Positions 41,241 to 51,974 of a stretch of DNA of 64,000 nucleotides are shown here, piece after piece. Position 1 is the first letter of the stretch, and each line of letters opens with the position of its first letter. The notes below the pieces were generated by a model. It had not been told where the DNA came from, did no database searches, and saw only the letters and a list, made by a program, of their open reading frames with translations. Source of the DNA: Bacteroidales bacterium (lineage in GTDB: Bacteria; Bacteroidota; Bacteroidia; Bacteroidales; NBLH01). The position numbers and the translations under genes are program-made. The stretch covers positions 9,691-73,690 of the forward strand of contig JAFGWC010000119.1 in the NCBI GenBank assembly GCA_016937695.1. Reading direction: 5' to 3'.

Positions 41241-42602
41241 TTAAGAGAAATTAGAAAAAATAAAGTGAGCTATGCTTAAATAAATTAGCAAACCAGTAAT
41301 ATCATTAACAGTTGTGATAAATGGCCCCGTTGCAAGCGCCGGATCAATATTAAATTTATCAAGAGCCAAAGGAACAAAAGTACCAAAAACTGAAGCAAAA
41401 ACAACAACGATTACTAACGAAACACTAACAGAAATTGATAAAACTATTGAATCATAAAACAAAAAGCTAAATATAAATATAAGTGCTGATAATATAATAG
41501 CATTAATAAAAGCCACCGAAAGTTCTTTTAGCAATCTTTTAAATAAACTATCATAACCAATAGTATTACTTGCTAGTGCTTGAACTATAATAGAAGATGA
41601 CTGAACTCCAACATTACCGCCCATTGCGGCAATAAGTGGGATAAAAAATATCATAGATGCATATTGTGCAAGAGCACTTTCAAAATTACCAATTACCTGA
41701 GTATCAAACACTCCACCAACTAAGCCAATAAGCAACCAAGGCAGACGAGCTCGGGTTAATACCCAAACTCTATCTGTTGGTTCAACATCTTCAGTAATAC
41801 CAGAAACCATTTGATAATCTTTTTCGGCTTTTTCCTGAATTACTTCAATAACATCATCAATTGTAATTCTACCAATTAATCTACCAATACTATCTACAAC
41901 AGGCAATGATACTAAATCATATTTTCCTGCTATTATTGCTGCATCTTCAGCGGGCAAATCAGCTTTTACAGAAATTATTTCTTTATTGCTAATATCAGAA
42001 ACTAAGGTTGAACTTTGAGAAACAATAAGCCTTTTTAAAGATAAAGTTCCTTTTAAAATATCATCATCATCAACAACATATACATAATACACTTCATCTA
42101 CTTCCTGAGCTAATTTTCTAATTTCTTTTACACATGTTTCGACATCCCACTTTTCATTAACCATGATTAACTCTTTGGCCATTAAACCTCCGGCAGTATC
42201 TTCGTGGTAATTTAAAAGATCTACAATATCTCCTGCTTGTTCAACATCATTTATAAAAGAAAGCACTTCATCCTTTCTTTCTTCAGACATATCGCCAAGA
42301 ATATCTGCAGCATCATCGGAATCCATGTGATCTATAAATTGCTTAGCAATTATATCACTTGGAAGTGAGTTTAAAAATTTAATTCTATCGTCTTCTTCTA
42401 GTTCAGCTAAAACATCAGCGGCTTTATCTCCATCTAATAATAGAAAAATAAACTTTGCTTCATCAATATTTAAGTCGTAATATATTTCAGCAATATCTGC
42501 AGCATGTAATTTAGACATTAAATCAGTTACAGTTTTTTCATCCTGATTTGAAATAAGGTTCTTAAATTCTGCTATATATTCTTTAGTTAATTCGAAACGC
42601 AT
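41241..42602 (-). CDS. mgtE: Magnesium transporter
   Basis: HAADIA, TAGGLM, CBS pair, RLPWL, GGNVG, DPALATGPFITT.ND. Confidence 0.95.
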   Translation of the reverse strand: MRFELTKEYIAEFKNLISNQDEKTVTDLMSKLHAADIAEIYYDLNIDEAKFIFLLLDGDKAADVLAELEEDDRIKFLNSLPSDIIAKQFIDHMDSDDAADILGDMSEERKDEVLSFINDVEQAGDIVDLLNYHEDTAGGLMAKELIMVNEKWDVETCVKEIRKLAQEVDEVYYVYVVDDDDILKGTLSLKRLIVSQSSTLVSDISNKEIISVKADLPAEDAAIIAGKYDLVSLPVVDSIGRLIGRITIDDVIEVIQEKAEKDYQMVSGITEDVEPTDRVWVLTRARLPWLLIGLVGGVFDTQVIGNFESALAQYASMIFFIPLIAAMGGNVGVQSSSIIVQALASNTIGYDSLFKRLLKELSVAFINAIILSALIFIFSFLFYDSIVLSISVSVSLVIVVVFASVFGTFVPLALDKFNIDPALATGPFITTVNDITGLLIYLSIAHFIFSNFS

Positions 42603-42653
42603 TTATTTATATATTTTTTAATAAGAATAAAAAGCTTTCTAAGTTCAAAATAC

Positions 42654-43202
42654 TTATTCGGAAAAGCTGATTCCTTCTTTAATAAATCTGTCAAAAATAA
42701 GCCATGCTTTTGCTGAAAATTTTTTATTCCTGTCGTTTATAAGATTTTGAATATCAGACTTATTCATTAAAAATGTTTTTATCTCTTCTGAACTTTCATT
42801 TGCTAATTGATTTATTGTGCCGCCTGCTTTAACAAAAACAATTGAAACTACTTCGTTAGTCATTCCAGCAGTATTATATAAATAAGGACTCACAGAAATT
42901 ACTTTTTCAACATCTAAATTGGTTTCTTCTTTAAGTTCTCTTATTGCTGTTTCTTCGGGTTTTTCATTTCCATCAACTAATCCTGCTGGCAAACTCCATT
43001 CATAATCATCAATTGCAACTCTAAATTCTTTTGTAACAACAATTTTATCATCAACAGTTGCAGCAACAATTACAGTTTTTCCACTGTTTGGTCTTTCTGC
43101 CGAATACCAAAAATCATTTTCACCATTTTGATTAATAAATTCCCGCGCCACAAAATTAAGATATTTTGATTTGCTTATAATCTTCTTTCCTAAAATTTTC
43201 AT
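42654..43202 (-). CDS. NUDIX hydrolase (ADP-ribose pyrophosphatase-like)
   Basis: PAGLVDGNEKPEETAIRELKEET Nudix box. Confidence 0.9.
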   Translation of the reverse strand: MKILGKKIISKSKYLNFVAREFINQNGENDFWYSAERPNSGKTVIVAATVDDKIVVTKEFRVAIDDYEWSLPAGLVDGNEKPEETAIRELKEETNLDVEKVISVSPYLYNTAGMTNEVVSIVFVKAGGTINQLANESSEEIKTFLMNKSDIQNLINDRNKKFSAKAWLIFDRFIKEGISFSE

Positions 43203-43227
43203 AAATTGTAATAATTAAATTACACAA

Positions 43228-44007
43228 TTATATAATTTCACTGACTTGATTTGTTAATTTAATAAACTCATCTACAGATAGTTGCTCTGGTCTTTTTCTT
43301 AAAAATTCAGAATTTAAACTATCTGTATCAACCATACTTTTTAAAGAGTTTCTAATTACTTTTCTTCTTTGATTAAAAGAAAGTTTAATGATTCTAAAAA
43401 ATAATTTTTCATCACAATCAATTTTAACTTTATTATTTCTAACAAGTCTAATTACTGATGATTTTACTTTTGGTGGTGGCGTAAAGTTTTCCGGTTCCAG
43501 AATAAGTAATGTTTCGATATTGTAATATGCTTGTAATAAAACGCTTAATATTCCATAAACTTTATTTCCGGGTTTTGAAACAACTCTATCGGCCACTTCT
43601 TTTTGAAACATGCCAACTAATTCATTTACTTTATCTTTATGATGATATACTTTAAATAATATTTGACTTGAAATATTATATGGGAAATTACCAATAATTC
43701 CTAATTTCCCATTAAAGTCAGTTTCAATATCAATTTTAAGAAAATCTGCACTAATTAATTTATCAGAGATATTTGGAAAATGTTCAATTAAATAATCAAC
43801 AGCCTCTTTATCAATTTCAACATAACTTGTTTTAATGTTTTTTTTCAATAAAAATTCGGTCAAAACTCCCATTCCCGGACCAATTTCTATTAATTCATTA
43901 AAATTATCTATGTTTATACTATTAACTATTTGTTCTGCTATAATTTTATCATTTAAAAAATGCTGACCTAAGTATTTTTTTGGTTTTACTTTTTTTATTA
44001 TCATCAA
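43228..44007 (-). CDS. rsmA: 16S rRNA dimethyladenosine transferase
   Basis: KKYLGQHFL, EIGPGMG, GNFPYNIS, QKEVA, FTPPPKV. Confidence 0.96.
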   Translation of the reverse strand: MMIIKKVKPKKYLGQHFLNDKIIAEQIVNSINIDNFNELIEIGPGMGVLTEFLLKKNIKTSYVEIDKEAVDYLIEHFPNISDKLISADFLKIDIETDFNGKLGIIGNFPYNISSQILFKVYHHKDKVNELVGMFQKEVADRVVSKPGNKVYGILSVLLQAYYNIETLLILEPENFTPPPKVKSSVIRLVRNNKVKIDCDEKLFFRIIKLSFNQRRKVIRNSLKSMVDTDSLNSEFLRKRPEQLSVDEFIKLTNQVSEII

Positions 44008-44126
44008 TTGTTAAATTTTCAAAAAATATTTATCTCACAATTATAATTTATCTTTAAAGATAATTATAATATTATATTTGCAAATTAAATTATAAAAATT
44101 AAGATAAAATAATATTAACAAGTTTT

Positions 44127-45224
44127 TTGAATATTTTGAAAGAGAAAATATATACTATATTAAAATTTGTACTTTTTTTAAGTAATCATATTTTAATTTT
44201 TTTGAAAGAAAATATCTATACAATAATAAAATTTGTATTTTTTTTAAGTATTGGGATATTAATTTTTTGGTGGGTTTATAAAGATCAAAATGTTGGTGGA
44301 ATTGTTGATGCACTTAAAGAGGCAAATTATTTTTGGATTGGGGTTTCTCTTTTTTTATCAATTTTAAGCCATTTTAGCAGAGCAGTTAGATGGCAATTAC
44401 TAATTGAATCTTTAGGACATAAAGTTAGAATAATAAACGTCTTTTTTGCTGTATTAGTAATGTACATTTCAAACATGGCAATACCTCGTTCGGGTGAAAT
44501 AACAAGATGCAGTATTATTAAGAAATACGAAAAAGTATCATTATCAAAGCTTTTAGGAACAGTTGTAATTGAAAGAACCTTTGATTTTATAATGCTTTTT
44601 ATTTTACTTATTGTTGTTTTGTTAACTCAATATAATGTTGTTTTAGAATTTATACATAATAATCCAGGAGTTGAGCAAAAAGTATCATCTATTTTACAAA
44701 TTAAATATTTGATAGTTTTTTTAATTATAATAGCAATTACTTTAGCTAGTGCATATTTTTTTAGAAAAAAATTTAAAAAGAGTTTGATTTATATTAAAAT
44801 TTCTGAATTAGCTAAAAACTTCATTTCAGGCATTGATACTGTTAGAAAAATGGATAAAAAATGGTCTTTTATTTTTCATTCTGTTTTTATATGGGTTATG
44901 TATTTTTCAATGATATATGTAACTTTTTGGAGTTTTAAATTTACTGAACATTTATCGTTATTGTCTGGATTAACAGTTTTTGTAATGGCAAGTTTTGGAA
45001 TGGTAGCGCCTTCACCAGGAGGGATTGGAACATGGCATTTTATGACTATTGAAACTTTAGCTATTTATGGCATTGCAAAAATACCTGATGCAAATGCTTT
45101 TGCGCTTGCAGCTCATGGCGCAATGAATTTATTCCTTCTTATAGTTGGTGTAATTGCTTTGATTCTTCTTCCAGTTGTTAATAATAAGAGTACTAAAGTT
45201 GTTGAAACAAAGCAAGTATTTTAA
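44127..45224 (+). CDS. Lysylphosphatidylglycerol synthase TM-domain (UPF0104) membrane protein
   Basis: RAVRW, NMAIPRSGEITRC, GTVVIERTFD, PSPGGIG. Confidence 0.85.
   Translation: MNILKEKIYTILKFVLFLSNHILIFLKENIYTIIKFVFFLSIGILIFWWVYKDQNVGGIVDALKEANYFWIGVSLFLSILSHFSRAVRWQLLIESLGHKVRIINVFFAVLVMYISNMAIPRSGEITRCSIIKKYEKVSLSKLLGTVVIERTFDFIMLFILLIVVLLTQYNVVLEFIHNNPGVEQKVSSILQIKYLIVFLIIIAITLASAYFFRKKFKKSLIYIKISELAKNFISGIDTVRKMDKKWSFIFHSVFIWVMYFSMIYVTFWSFKFTEHLSLLSGLTVFVMASFGMVAPSPGGIGTWHFMTIETLAIYGIAKIPDANAFALAAHGAMNLFLLIVGVIALILLPVVNNKSTKVVETKQVF
44134..44268 (+). repeat. Imperfect 66-bp tandem duplication at the gene start
   Basis: LKEKIYTILKFVLFLSNHILIF / LKENIYTIIKFVFFLSIGILIF; copies begin at 44134 and 44200. 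Confidence 0.85.
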
Positions 45225-46176
45225 AAATAATAAAAAGCATTTATTATTTTTAAAACTGATAATTGTATTAATAAGCTATAGTTATATAGCATATAAATTA
45301 CTAGAATACAGCAACTTATGGAATAAATTCAGTACTGAATTTGATATAAATACTGCTAAATATAACATCTTATTATCAGCCTTTTTGTTAATGCCTTTAA
45401 ATTGGTTATTAGAATCGACTAAATGGAAAATTCTTTTAACAGATATTGAAAAAATATCAATTATAAAATCTTTAAAATCAATTTTTGTTGGTTTAAGTTT
45501 TGCAATAATAACACCAAATAGAATAGGTGAATTTGTTGGAAGACCTGTTTTATTAAAAAAAGAAAACAGAATTTCTGCAAGTTTAGCAACTTTTGTTGGA
45601 AGCCTAAGTCAAACAATAATTACTTTAAGCTTGGGAATTTTAGCTTTAATTTTATTTTTCAGAAGTTCTTCAGCGATATTTATATCAAAAAATCAGTACA
45701 TAATATTTATTATATTTTCAATATTGCTTCTTATCTTAATAAGTTTAATATTTTTTAAACCTAAAATTTGGAAATACTTAACATCGAAAATAAATTTATT
45801 GAAAAAATGGGCATATAAATTCGACTTCGCAAGTAACTATAAATCAACAGTATTAATAAAAGTATTATCATTAAGTTTATTAAGATATTTTGTTTTCTTT
45901 TCTCAGTTTTTTTTATTGTTGAAATTTTTTGGAGTAGAAATTAGCATCACCGAAGCATTTATTTCAATAGCTTTAAATTATCTTTTTCTATTTGCAATTC
46001 CATCATTTGCTTTAGCAGAAATTGGGATTAGAGGTTCTGTTGCGATATTTTTTATAGGAATTTTCATCAATAATGATTTAGCGATACTAATTTCGTCGAT
46101 TAGTTTATGGATTATCAATCTTGCTTTACCAGCTATTATTGGAAGTATTTATTTGGTAAAAAGAAAGTTCTATTAA
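45175..46176 (+). CDS. Second UPF0104/LPG-synthase-like membrane protein (start uncertain)
   Basis: LNWLLESTKW, TPNRIGEFVGR, AEIGIRG, WIINLALPA. Confidence 0.8.
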   Translation: MLIIRVLKLLKQSKYFKNNKKHLLFLKLIIVLISYSYIAYKLLEYSNLWNKFSTEFDINTAKYNILLSAFLLMPLNWLLESTKWKILLTDIEKISIIKSLKSIFVGLSFAIITPNRIGEFVGRPVLLKKENRISASLATFVGSLSQTIITLSLGILALILFFRSSSAIFISKNQYIIFIIFSILLLILISLIFFKPKIWKYLTSKINLLKKWAYKFDFASNYKSTVLIKVLSLSLLRYFVFFSQFFLLLKFFGVEISITEAFISIALNYLFLFAIPSFALAEIGIRGSVAIFFIGIFINNDLAILISSISLWIINLALPAIIGSIYLVKRKFY

Positions 46177-46273
46177 TACAATAAATTTTACTTGGAATGT
46201 CAAATAGGAGTTTTAAGTATTTTTTTTAAATTTGTTTTTTATCATTACGTAATATTAAATAAAATCAATCTAC

Positions 46274-46984
46274 ATGAAAAAATTATTTTTACTAAGTTTT
46301 ATTGCAATATTTATTTTCGCTTGTAATAATTCAACAACCGATGAAAATTCAGAAAATAACGACCAACAGTCTGATAATAAAGATTCTAACATTTCAGGTA
46401 ATAATTCTTTTGTAGAATATCCTTTTGAATCTGGAATTATAGAATTTAAGAATGAAATAATGGGCGCAAGCGCAAATATGACCTTATATTTTAAAGACCA
46501 TGGCAAAATTGAGTGCACAGTTTCTGAAACAGAAATGATGGGCACAAAAATGACTGTTAGAAGTATTGTAAAAGATGGATATTTTTATACATTGTCGATG
46601 GAACAAAAAATGGGATCTAAATTTAAAGTCGATGCTGAAGTTGATAACGAAAATGTTAGTATGCACACATTTCAAGAAAAATATTTAGCAGAAGTTGGCG
46701 GCAAAAAAGAAGGAACTGAAAAAATTCTAGACAAAGAATGTCAGGTATATAGTTTTGCTCAAGATGGCGTTACATATAAAATTTGGGTTTGGAAAAATCT
46801 TATTATGAAAATGCTTGGCGAACAAAATGGAATGCAAATGTTAAAAGAAGCAACTAAAATAGAAGAAACCAGCAGTTTCCCTGATGGAATTTTCGATATT
46901 CCTTCTGATTTTAATATTACTGAAGAAAAAGATATGAATACAGAATCTGATGATGATTTTACAGATGAGAATGCTGAAGGTTAA
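46274..46984 (+). CDS. Hypothetical lipoprotein (DUF4412-like beta fold)
   Basis: MKK-hydrophobic-FAC lipobox; GTEKILDKEC, IWVWK, FDIP. Confidence 0.7.
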   Translation: MKKLFLLSFIAIFIFACNNSTTDENSENNDQQSDNKDSNISGNNSFVEYPFESGIIEFKNEIMGASANMTLYFKDHGKIECTVSETEMMGTKMTVRSIVKDGYFYTLSMEQKMGSKFKVDAEVDNENVSMHTFQEKYLAEVGGKKEGTEKILDKECQVYSFAQDGVTYKIWVWKNLIMKMLGEQNGMQMLKEATKIEETSSFPDGIFDIPSDFNITEEKDMNTESDDDFTDENAEG

Positions 46985-46987
46985 TAT

Positions 46988-48103
46988 ATGATTTACTATT
47001 TCATAATAGCTTCATTTTTAGCTATTTGTTATTTTTATTTCATTATTATTCTTATAAAAGCATGGAATAAAACACAAGAATATCAAAAGGGCTGGACGAA
47101 CCCTTTTGATATTTTAATAAGTGTTATAATTGCAGCAAGAAATGAAGAAGAAAACATAATACTTTTATTAAAATCTATTGAATATCAAGATTTTAACAAA
47201 AACAATTATGAAGTAATTATAATTGATGATTTTTCGACAGATAATACATATAATTTAGTTGAAAAATTTTGTGAAAATAAAAGCAACTTCAATATTTATA
47301 AACTTACCGATAATTTTGGTAAAAAAAATGCCATCATAAAAGCAATTAATCTTTCAAAAGGTAATTTAATTGTAACAACAGATGCAGACTGTATAGTTAA
47401 CGAAACTTGGCTTAGTACAATTGCAGGTTTTTATAAGAAATTTAAACCTAAAATGATAATTTCACCAGTTTTGCTTAATACTACAAATAAATTCAGTAAA
47501 ATTCAGGCTCTTGATTTTTTGTCGTTAATTAGTTCAGCAGCTGCAACTTGCGGAATAAACAAAGCTATTTTGGCAAATGGAGCTAATTTAATTTATGAAA
47601 AAAGTGTTTTTTACGAGTTTAATAATCCTTTAAATGAATCTGTAAGTTCCGGCGATGATATTTTTCTTTTATTAAATATCAAAAAAAAATATCCAGCCAA
47701 AATTCTTTTTTTGAAATCGAATGATGCAGTTGTTAAAACAAAAGCTAAAAAAAATTTAAAAAGTTTTTTATCACAACGAAAACGTTGGGCTTCAAAAAGC
47801 AAAAGTTATAATGATAGAGATATTATTTCGGTTTCGATATTTGTTTTTTTTGTAAATCTGTTTCTATTTATAAATTTAGTGTTGATTTCAATAAATTTAA
47901 AATTCAGTATTGTTTTTTTTATATTTTTTGGAGTTAAAACGCTTGTTGATTTTATTTTTTTATACAAAACAAGCAGCTTTTTTAAGCAGAAAAAATTATT
48001 ATGGTTTATAATTCCTACAGAAATTTTTAATGTCGTAATAATTCCTTTTTTAGCAATTTCAGGAATATTTGGGAAGACATTTTGGAAAGGGCGTAAAATA
48101 TAA
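46988..48103 (+). CDS. Membrane-bound glycosyltransferase family 2
   Basis: VIIAARNEE, DDFSTD, TDADC, SGDD, QRKRW. Confidence 0.9.
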   Translation: MIYYFIIASFLAICYFYFIIILIKAWNKTQEYQKGWTNPFDILISVIIAARNEEENIILLLKSIEYQDFNKNNYEVIIIDDFSTDNTYNLVEKFCENKSNFNIYKLTDNFGKKNAIIKAINLSKGNLIVTTDADCIVNETWLSTIAGFYKKFKPKMIISPVLLNTTNKFSKIQALDFLSLISSAAATCGINKAILANGANLIYEKSVFYEFNNPLNESVSSGDDIFLLLNIKKKYPAKILFLKSNDAVVKTKAKKNLKSFLSQRKRWASKSKSYNDRDIISVSIFVFFVNLFLFINLVLISINLKFSIVFFIFFGVKTLVDFIFLYKTSSFFKQKKLLWFIIPTEIFNVVIIPFLAISGIFGKTFWKGRKI

Positions 48104-48104
48104 G

Positions 48105-49445
48105 CTAAAACAAAAACAAACCTGTTGCATAAATAAAAAATCCTATTATCATTAAAAACAAAGTATACGGAATTAATTCTTTAGCTTTTAATCCGGTAAT
48201 TCCAAGTAAAGGCAATGCCCAAAATGGTTGCAGCATATTTGTTAATTCATCGCCATAAGCAAGAGCCATAACTGCTTTAGAAATCGGAACTCCTAATTGT
48301 TGAGCGGCATCTACAATTATTGGTCCTTGAACAGCCCATTGTCCACCGCCGCTAGGAACGAAAATATTAACAATTCCGGCACTAATCAATGTATAAATAG
48401 GAAAAGTAGTTGCAGTAGAAATATCAATAAAAAAATCGGTAAAAATTAAGGTTAAACCGGAATATTTCATTATTCCCATAATTCCGGCATAAAGAGGAAA
48501 TTGAATTAATATGCCTGAACTGCCAACAATAGCTTTATTTACAGCATTTACAAAATTTGAAATATTTCCGTGAAGCAATAATCCAAAACCAAATAAAACA
48601 AAATTGATATAATTGAGATTTAAAAAGCCAATACCATAAGAATTTAAACCTTTATAAAATGCAATAAAAATAAAAATAAACGCAAAAAATCCTGTAAAAA
48701 TTCTAGAATAATCAAGCCTTTCAGCACCATCAATTATAATATTTTTGATTTCATTTTTTTTTATAATATTGCGCAATTCAACTTTAGCGTTAACCGATTG
48801 TTTTGCAAGCAGATATATGCTAAGTGGCAAAATAATTAAAACAGCAATTGAGATAGTAATATTCATATTAGATAAAATAGTTTGATCAAGCAAAATTTGT
48901 CCTATTTTATCAAATAAAAAATGATCTTTTTCGGCAATTTTTAAAGGTGCTGAGCCTGAAAATCCACCATGCCAAAACATTAATCCCGAATATCCTGCAG
49001 CTCCAATTAATGGATAGTTAATTTTTAAATTATTTTGCTGAGCATATTCGCCCACTTTTCTTGCAAAAATAGCTCCGAATATTAAACCCAAACCCCAATT
49101 TAAAAAGCTTACCGATAATGTTAGAAATGTTACTATTAATGCAGCTTTTGGCGTTGAATTACAAAATTTTACAGCAAATTGTATTATTTTATTTACGCTT
49201 TTGCTTAGTGCTAAAACATGTCCTAAAACCAACATCAACATCATTTGCATAGTAAAAGCAAGCAATTCCCAAAACCCTTTCTCCCAAAAACCAAGAATAT
49301 CGACAAAATAGCTTGTGTTACTTTGTCCATGATTTGTAAAGATTAATGAAAATAATATTGCCAGAAGAGTTAATATAAGTGCAATACTAAATGGAGATGG
49401 TAAAGATTTTTTTAGAATAATAATTAATCGATTTGAAAATTGCAT
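48105..49445 (-). CDS. atoE: Short-chain fatty acid transporter (AtoE family)
   Basis: FTMQM, NWGLG, QFPLYAGI, VPSGGGQWAVQGP, NMLQPFWALP. Confidence 0.9.
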   Translation of the reverse strand: MQFSNRLIIILKKSLPSPFSIALILTLLAILFSLIFTNHGQSNTSYFVDILGFWEKGFWELLAFTMQMMLMLVLGHVLALSKSVNKIIQFAVKFCNSTPKAALIVTFLTLSVSFLNWGLGLIFGAIFARKVGEYAQQNNLKINYPLIGAAGYSGLMFWHGGFSGSAPLKIAEKDHFLFDKIGQILLDQTILSNMNITISIAVLIILPLSIYLLAKQSVNAKVELRNIIKKNEIKNIIIDGAERLDYSRIFTGFFAFIFIFIAFYKGLNSYGIGFLNLNYINFVLFGFGLLLHGNISNFVNAVNKAIVGSSGILIQFPLYAGIMGIMKYSGLTLIFTDFFIDISTATTFPIYTLISAGIVNIFVPSGGGQWAVQGPIIVDAAQQLGVPISKAVMALAYGDELTNMLQPFWALPLLGITGLKAKELIPYTLFLMIIGFFIYATGLFLF

Positions 49446-49463
49446 TATAATAATTTTAATTTA

Positions 49464-50273
49464 TTATAAATCTTTATTTTTAATTATCTGATATGATAGT
49501 AAAACAAAGATTATCAGATATATAAATGCTACAATCAAATTTGCATTAAAACTTAACTCGGTATTTAATTGTGTATTTTTCTCAATCATGAGTTTAATAT
49601 TTTCATCGGCAATTATTGTTGAAAGGCTTGTTGCAGGTGTTAAATTTGCAAAAACTTTTGCAGGTAAATAATTTGCAAAATTTAAAGAAAATATTGATAA
49701 ATAAGCTCTTATGATTAATTCAAATATAAAATATCCAATAAAAACAACAATAGAAGCTCCTACACTTTTTACTAATAAACTAATTAATAAAGCAAATGTT
49801 AAATAGGCGATTGTCTGAATAAAAAAACTAAAAATATACTTTAATCCGGCGACATTAAAATTTATCGACAATCCTGTAAATGAAATTCCAATTATAATGG
49901 CGCTTACGAAAAGTAATATTGTAACCAATAACGATATTAGTACAATTATTAATAATTTACCATAAAAAAATTCAGTTCTTGTTAAACCATCAATTATATT
50001 TTGCCTTAATGTTCTAAAATTAAACTCGTTTCCTAAAATTAAAATTACTACCAAGCTTAGTAATGGAAAAAACCAACTACTATAATAAGAAACTGATTGC
50101 CAGACAGTTGGAAATCGCAAAAACGCCTTTAAATCAAATTGATCTATATTTAAATTAATTTGCGTACCAGCTAGCAGAAACAAAATATAAAACCCAATTG
50201 TTAAGCCAAATAATATTATAAATGTATTGTACGATAAAATTTTTAATAATTCAATTTTCAGCAATCTTTCCAT
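49464..50273 (-). CDS. ABC-2 type transporter permease
   Basis: Six TM; NEFNFRTLRQNIIDGLTR motif. Confidence 0.85.
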   Translation of the reverse strand: MERLLKIELLKILSYNTFIILFGLTIGFYILFLLAGTQINLNIDQFDLKAFLRFPTVWQSVSYYSSWFFPLLSLVVILILGNEFNFRTLRQNIIDGLTRTEFFYGKLLIIVLISLLVTILLFVSAIIIGISFTGLSINFNVAGLKYIFSFFIQTIAYLTFALLISLLVKSVGASIVVFIGYFIFELIIRAYLSIFSLNFANYLPAKVFANLTPATSLSTIIADENIKLMIEKNTQLNTELSFNANLIVAFIYLIIFVLLSYQIIKNKDL

Positions 50274-50299
50274 AAAAAGTTAATTATCAATTAATTAAA

Positions 50300-51190
50300 T
50301 TAATCTACGATTTTCAAAAATTCAGATTCCAGACTGATTTTTCTCTCTTCAAACTTATTTAAAATAAAATTATTTTTAAACGCAAATTCATTTATATCTT
50401 TTGCTTGTATTTTATCTTCAAGTGTAATTATTAATTCATTATTGATTTTTATAGTCTTTTTCGACAAACCTGATCTAACTATTAATTCATAAAGCTCATC
50501 AATATTATCAGAAGAAATGGTTATTGTTTTTTCAGATTTTAATATTTCATCTATTCTTCCTAGCTTTAATAGTTTGCCTTTTTTCAAAATTGCAATATGG
50601 CTACATGTTTTCTGAACTTCATCTAAAATATGAGATGCAATTATAATTGTTTTTCCTTTTTTTGCCTGATCAATTAATATTTCTCTAACATCCGCAATTC
50701 CTTTTGGGTCAAGTCCGTTTGTGGGTTCGTCCAGAATTAAAATTTCGGGATTTCCCAATAAAACACTGGCCAAAGCAAGTCTTTGTTTCATTCCTAAAGA
50801 TAAAGTATTGTATTTCGAATATTGTCTTTCAATCAGTCCAACTTCGTTCAGTACTTTTTCTATTTCTTCATCAGGATTTTCAATTTTTTTTATTTCTGCA
50901 GAAATTCTTAGATTTTTATATAAAGATAAATAAGGATAAAAATTAGGCATTTCAAGCAAAGCGCCAATGCGTTCAGTAAGTTGTGTATTTTCCTGATTAT
51001 CAAACCATTGAAAATTGCCAGAGTTTTGTTTAACTACTCCTAATATTATTGCTAATATGGTAGTTTTTCCACTTCCATTTGGACCAAGTATTCCAAAAAT
51101 ATTTGTTTTTTCAATATTTAATGATAGTCTGTCAAGCGCCTGGTTTTTGCCGTAACTCTTTGAAATATTATCTATTTTTAAAACTCTCAC
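50300..51190 (-). CDS. ABC transporter ATP-binding protein
   Basis: GPNGSGKT, LSLGMKQR, LDEPTNGLD, SH. Confidence 0.93.
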   Translation of the reverse strand: MRVLKIDNISKSYGKNQALDRLSLNIEKTNIFGILGPNGSGKTTILAIILGVVKQNSGNFQWFDNQENTQLTERIGALLEMPNFYPYLSLYKNLRISAEIKKIENPDEEIEKVLNEVGLIERQYSKYNTLSLGMKQRLALASVLLGNPEILILDEPTNGLDPKGIADVREILIDQAKKGKTIIIASHILDEVQKTCSHIAILKKGKLLKLGRIDEILKSEKTITISSDNIDELYELIVRSGLSKKTIKINNELIITLEDKIQAKDINEFAFKNNFILNKFEERKISLESEFLKIVD

Positions 51191-51193
51191 AAT

Positions 51194-51532
51194 TTAATTT
51201 TTTGCTTCGTTAATAGCAGCTTCAAAATCATATTCTACATTAAATAAATTAGTAAATCCAGAAAAATGAAATACATCTTTAATGTTTTTTTGCAAATTGC
51301 ACAAAATAAGCTTTAAATTTTTCTTATTCATATTTTTTAATCCCATTATCAATATTCTTAAACCGGAACTATTAATATAATCAAGATTTTTACAATCAAC
51401 AACTATGTTTTCTTGAGTTGCTACAATTTTTTTCGAAAAAAAATCGTCAGCTTTTTCTGTATTAGGCGCATCTAATCTACCTTCTAATTTTACAATTTGA
51501 ATATTTCCTTCTGTACTTTCTAATATTTCCAT
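51194..51532 (-). CDS. STAS anti-sigma-factor antagonist (RsbV/SpoIIAA-like)
   Basis: LEGRLDA, LDYINSSGLR phosphorylation-site motif. Confidence 0.9.
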   Translation of the reverse strand: MEILESTEGNIQIVKLEGRLDAPNTEKADDFFSKKIVATQENIVVDCKNLDYINSSGLRILIMGLKNMNKKNLKLILCNLQKNIKDVFHFSGFTNLFNVEYDFEAAINEAKN

Positions 51533-51948
51533 TATTCTATGTTTTTTTGTAAAGTTATAATATTTTTATTGTTGCCTCTTCGATAAGTAAAATTATCAGT
51601 AAATTTTTTAACCAAATGTATTCCTATACCTCCTATTTCCCTTTCTTCAACAGGTGCATTAAAGTCTTTAGGTTCTTCAACATCAAAAGGATTAAATTCA
51701 GGAGATCCATCTTTTATTTGTATCCGTAATTTATCTTTCTCTAAAGTAAATCTAATAATTATATCGTAATCTTCTACTCCTTTATAACCATGTTCTATAA
51801 TATTAGTTACAATTTCTTCAAGAGCCAAATTCATACTAAAAGCAACATCTTTAGATATTTTCCATTCTTCACAAATTTTCGCAAGTTTTTGGTTCATTAT
51901 TTCTATTCCGCTTACTCGGCTTTTGATATTAATTATTTGATTTTTCAT
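51532..51948 (-). CDS. RsbW-like Ser/Thr kinase / anti-sigma factor (HATPase_c_2)
   Basis: LALEEIVTNIIEHG, DGSPEFNP, GGIGIHLV. Confidence 0.9.
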   Translation of the reverse strand: MKNQIINIKSRVSGIEIMNQKLAKICEEWKISKDVAFSMNLALEEIVTNIIEHGYKGVEDYDIIIRFTLEKDKLRIQIKDGSPEFNPFDVEEPKDFNAPVEEREIGGIGIHLVKKFTDNFTYRRGNNKNIITLQKNIE

Positions 51949-51974
51949 TTATGATAGTTTTTTGTTAAACCAAT

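Noticed and set aside
42603-42653. Possible Mg2+ riboswitch upstream of mgtE
   Set aside because: Gap is only ~50 bp, AT-rich, with no M-box structure; mgtE appears operonic with rsmA and the NUDIX gene.
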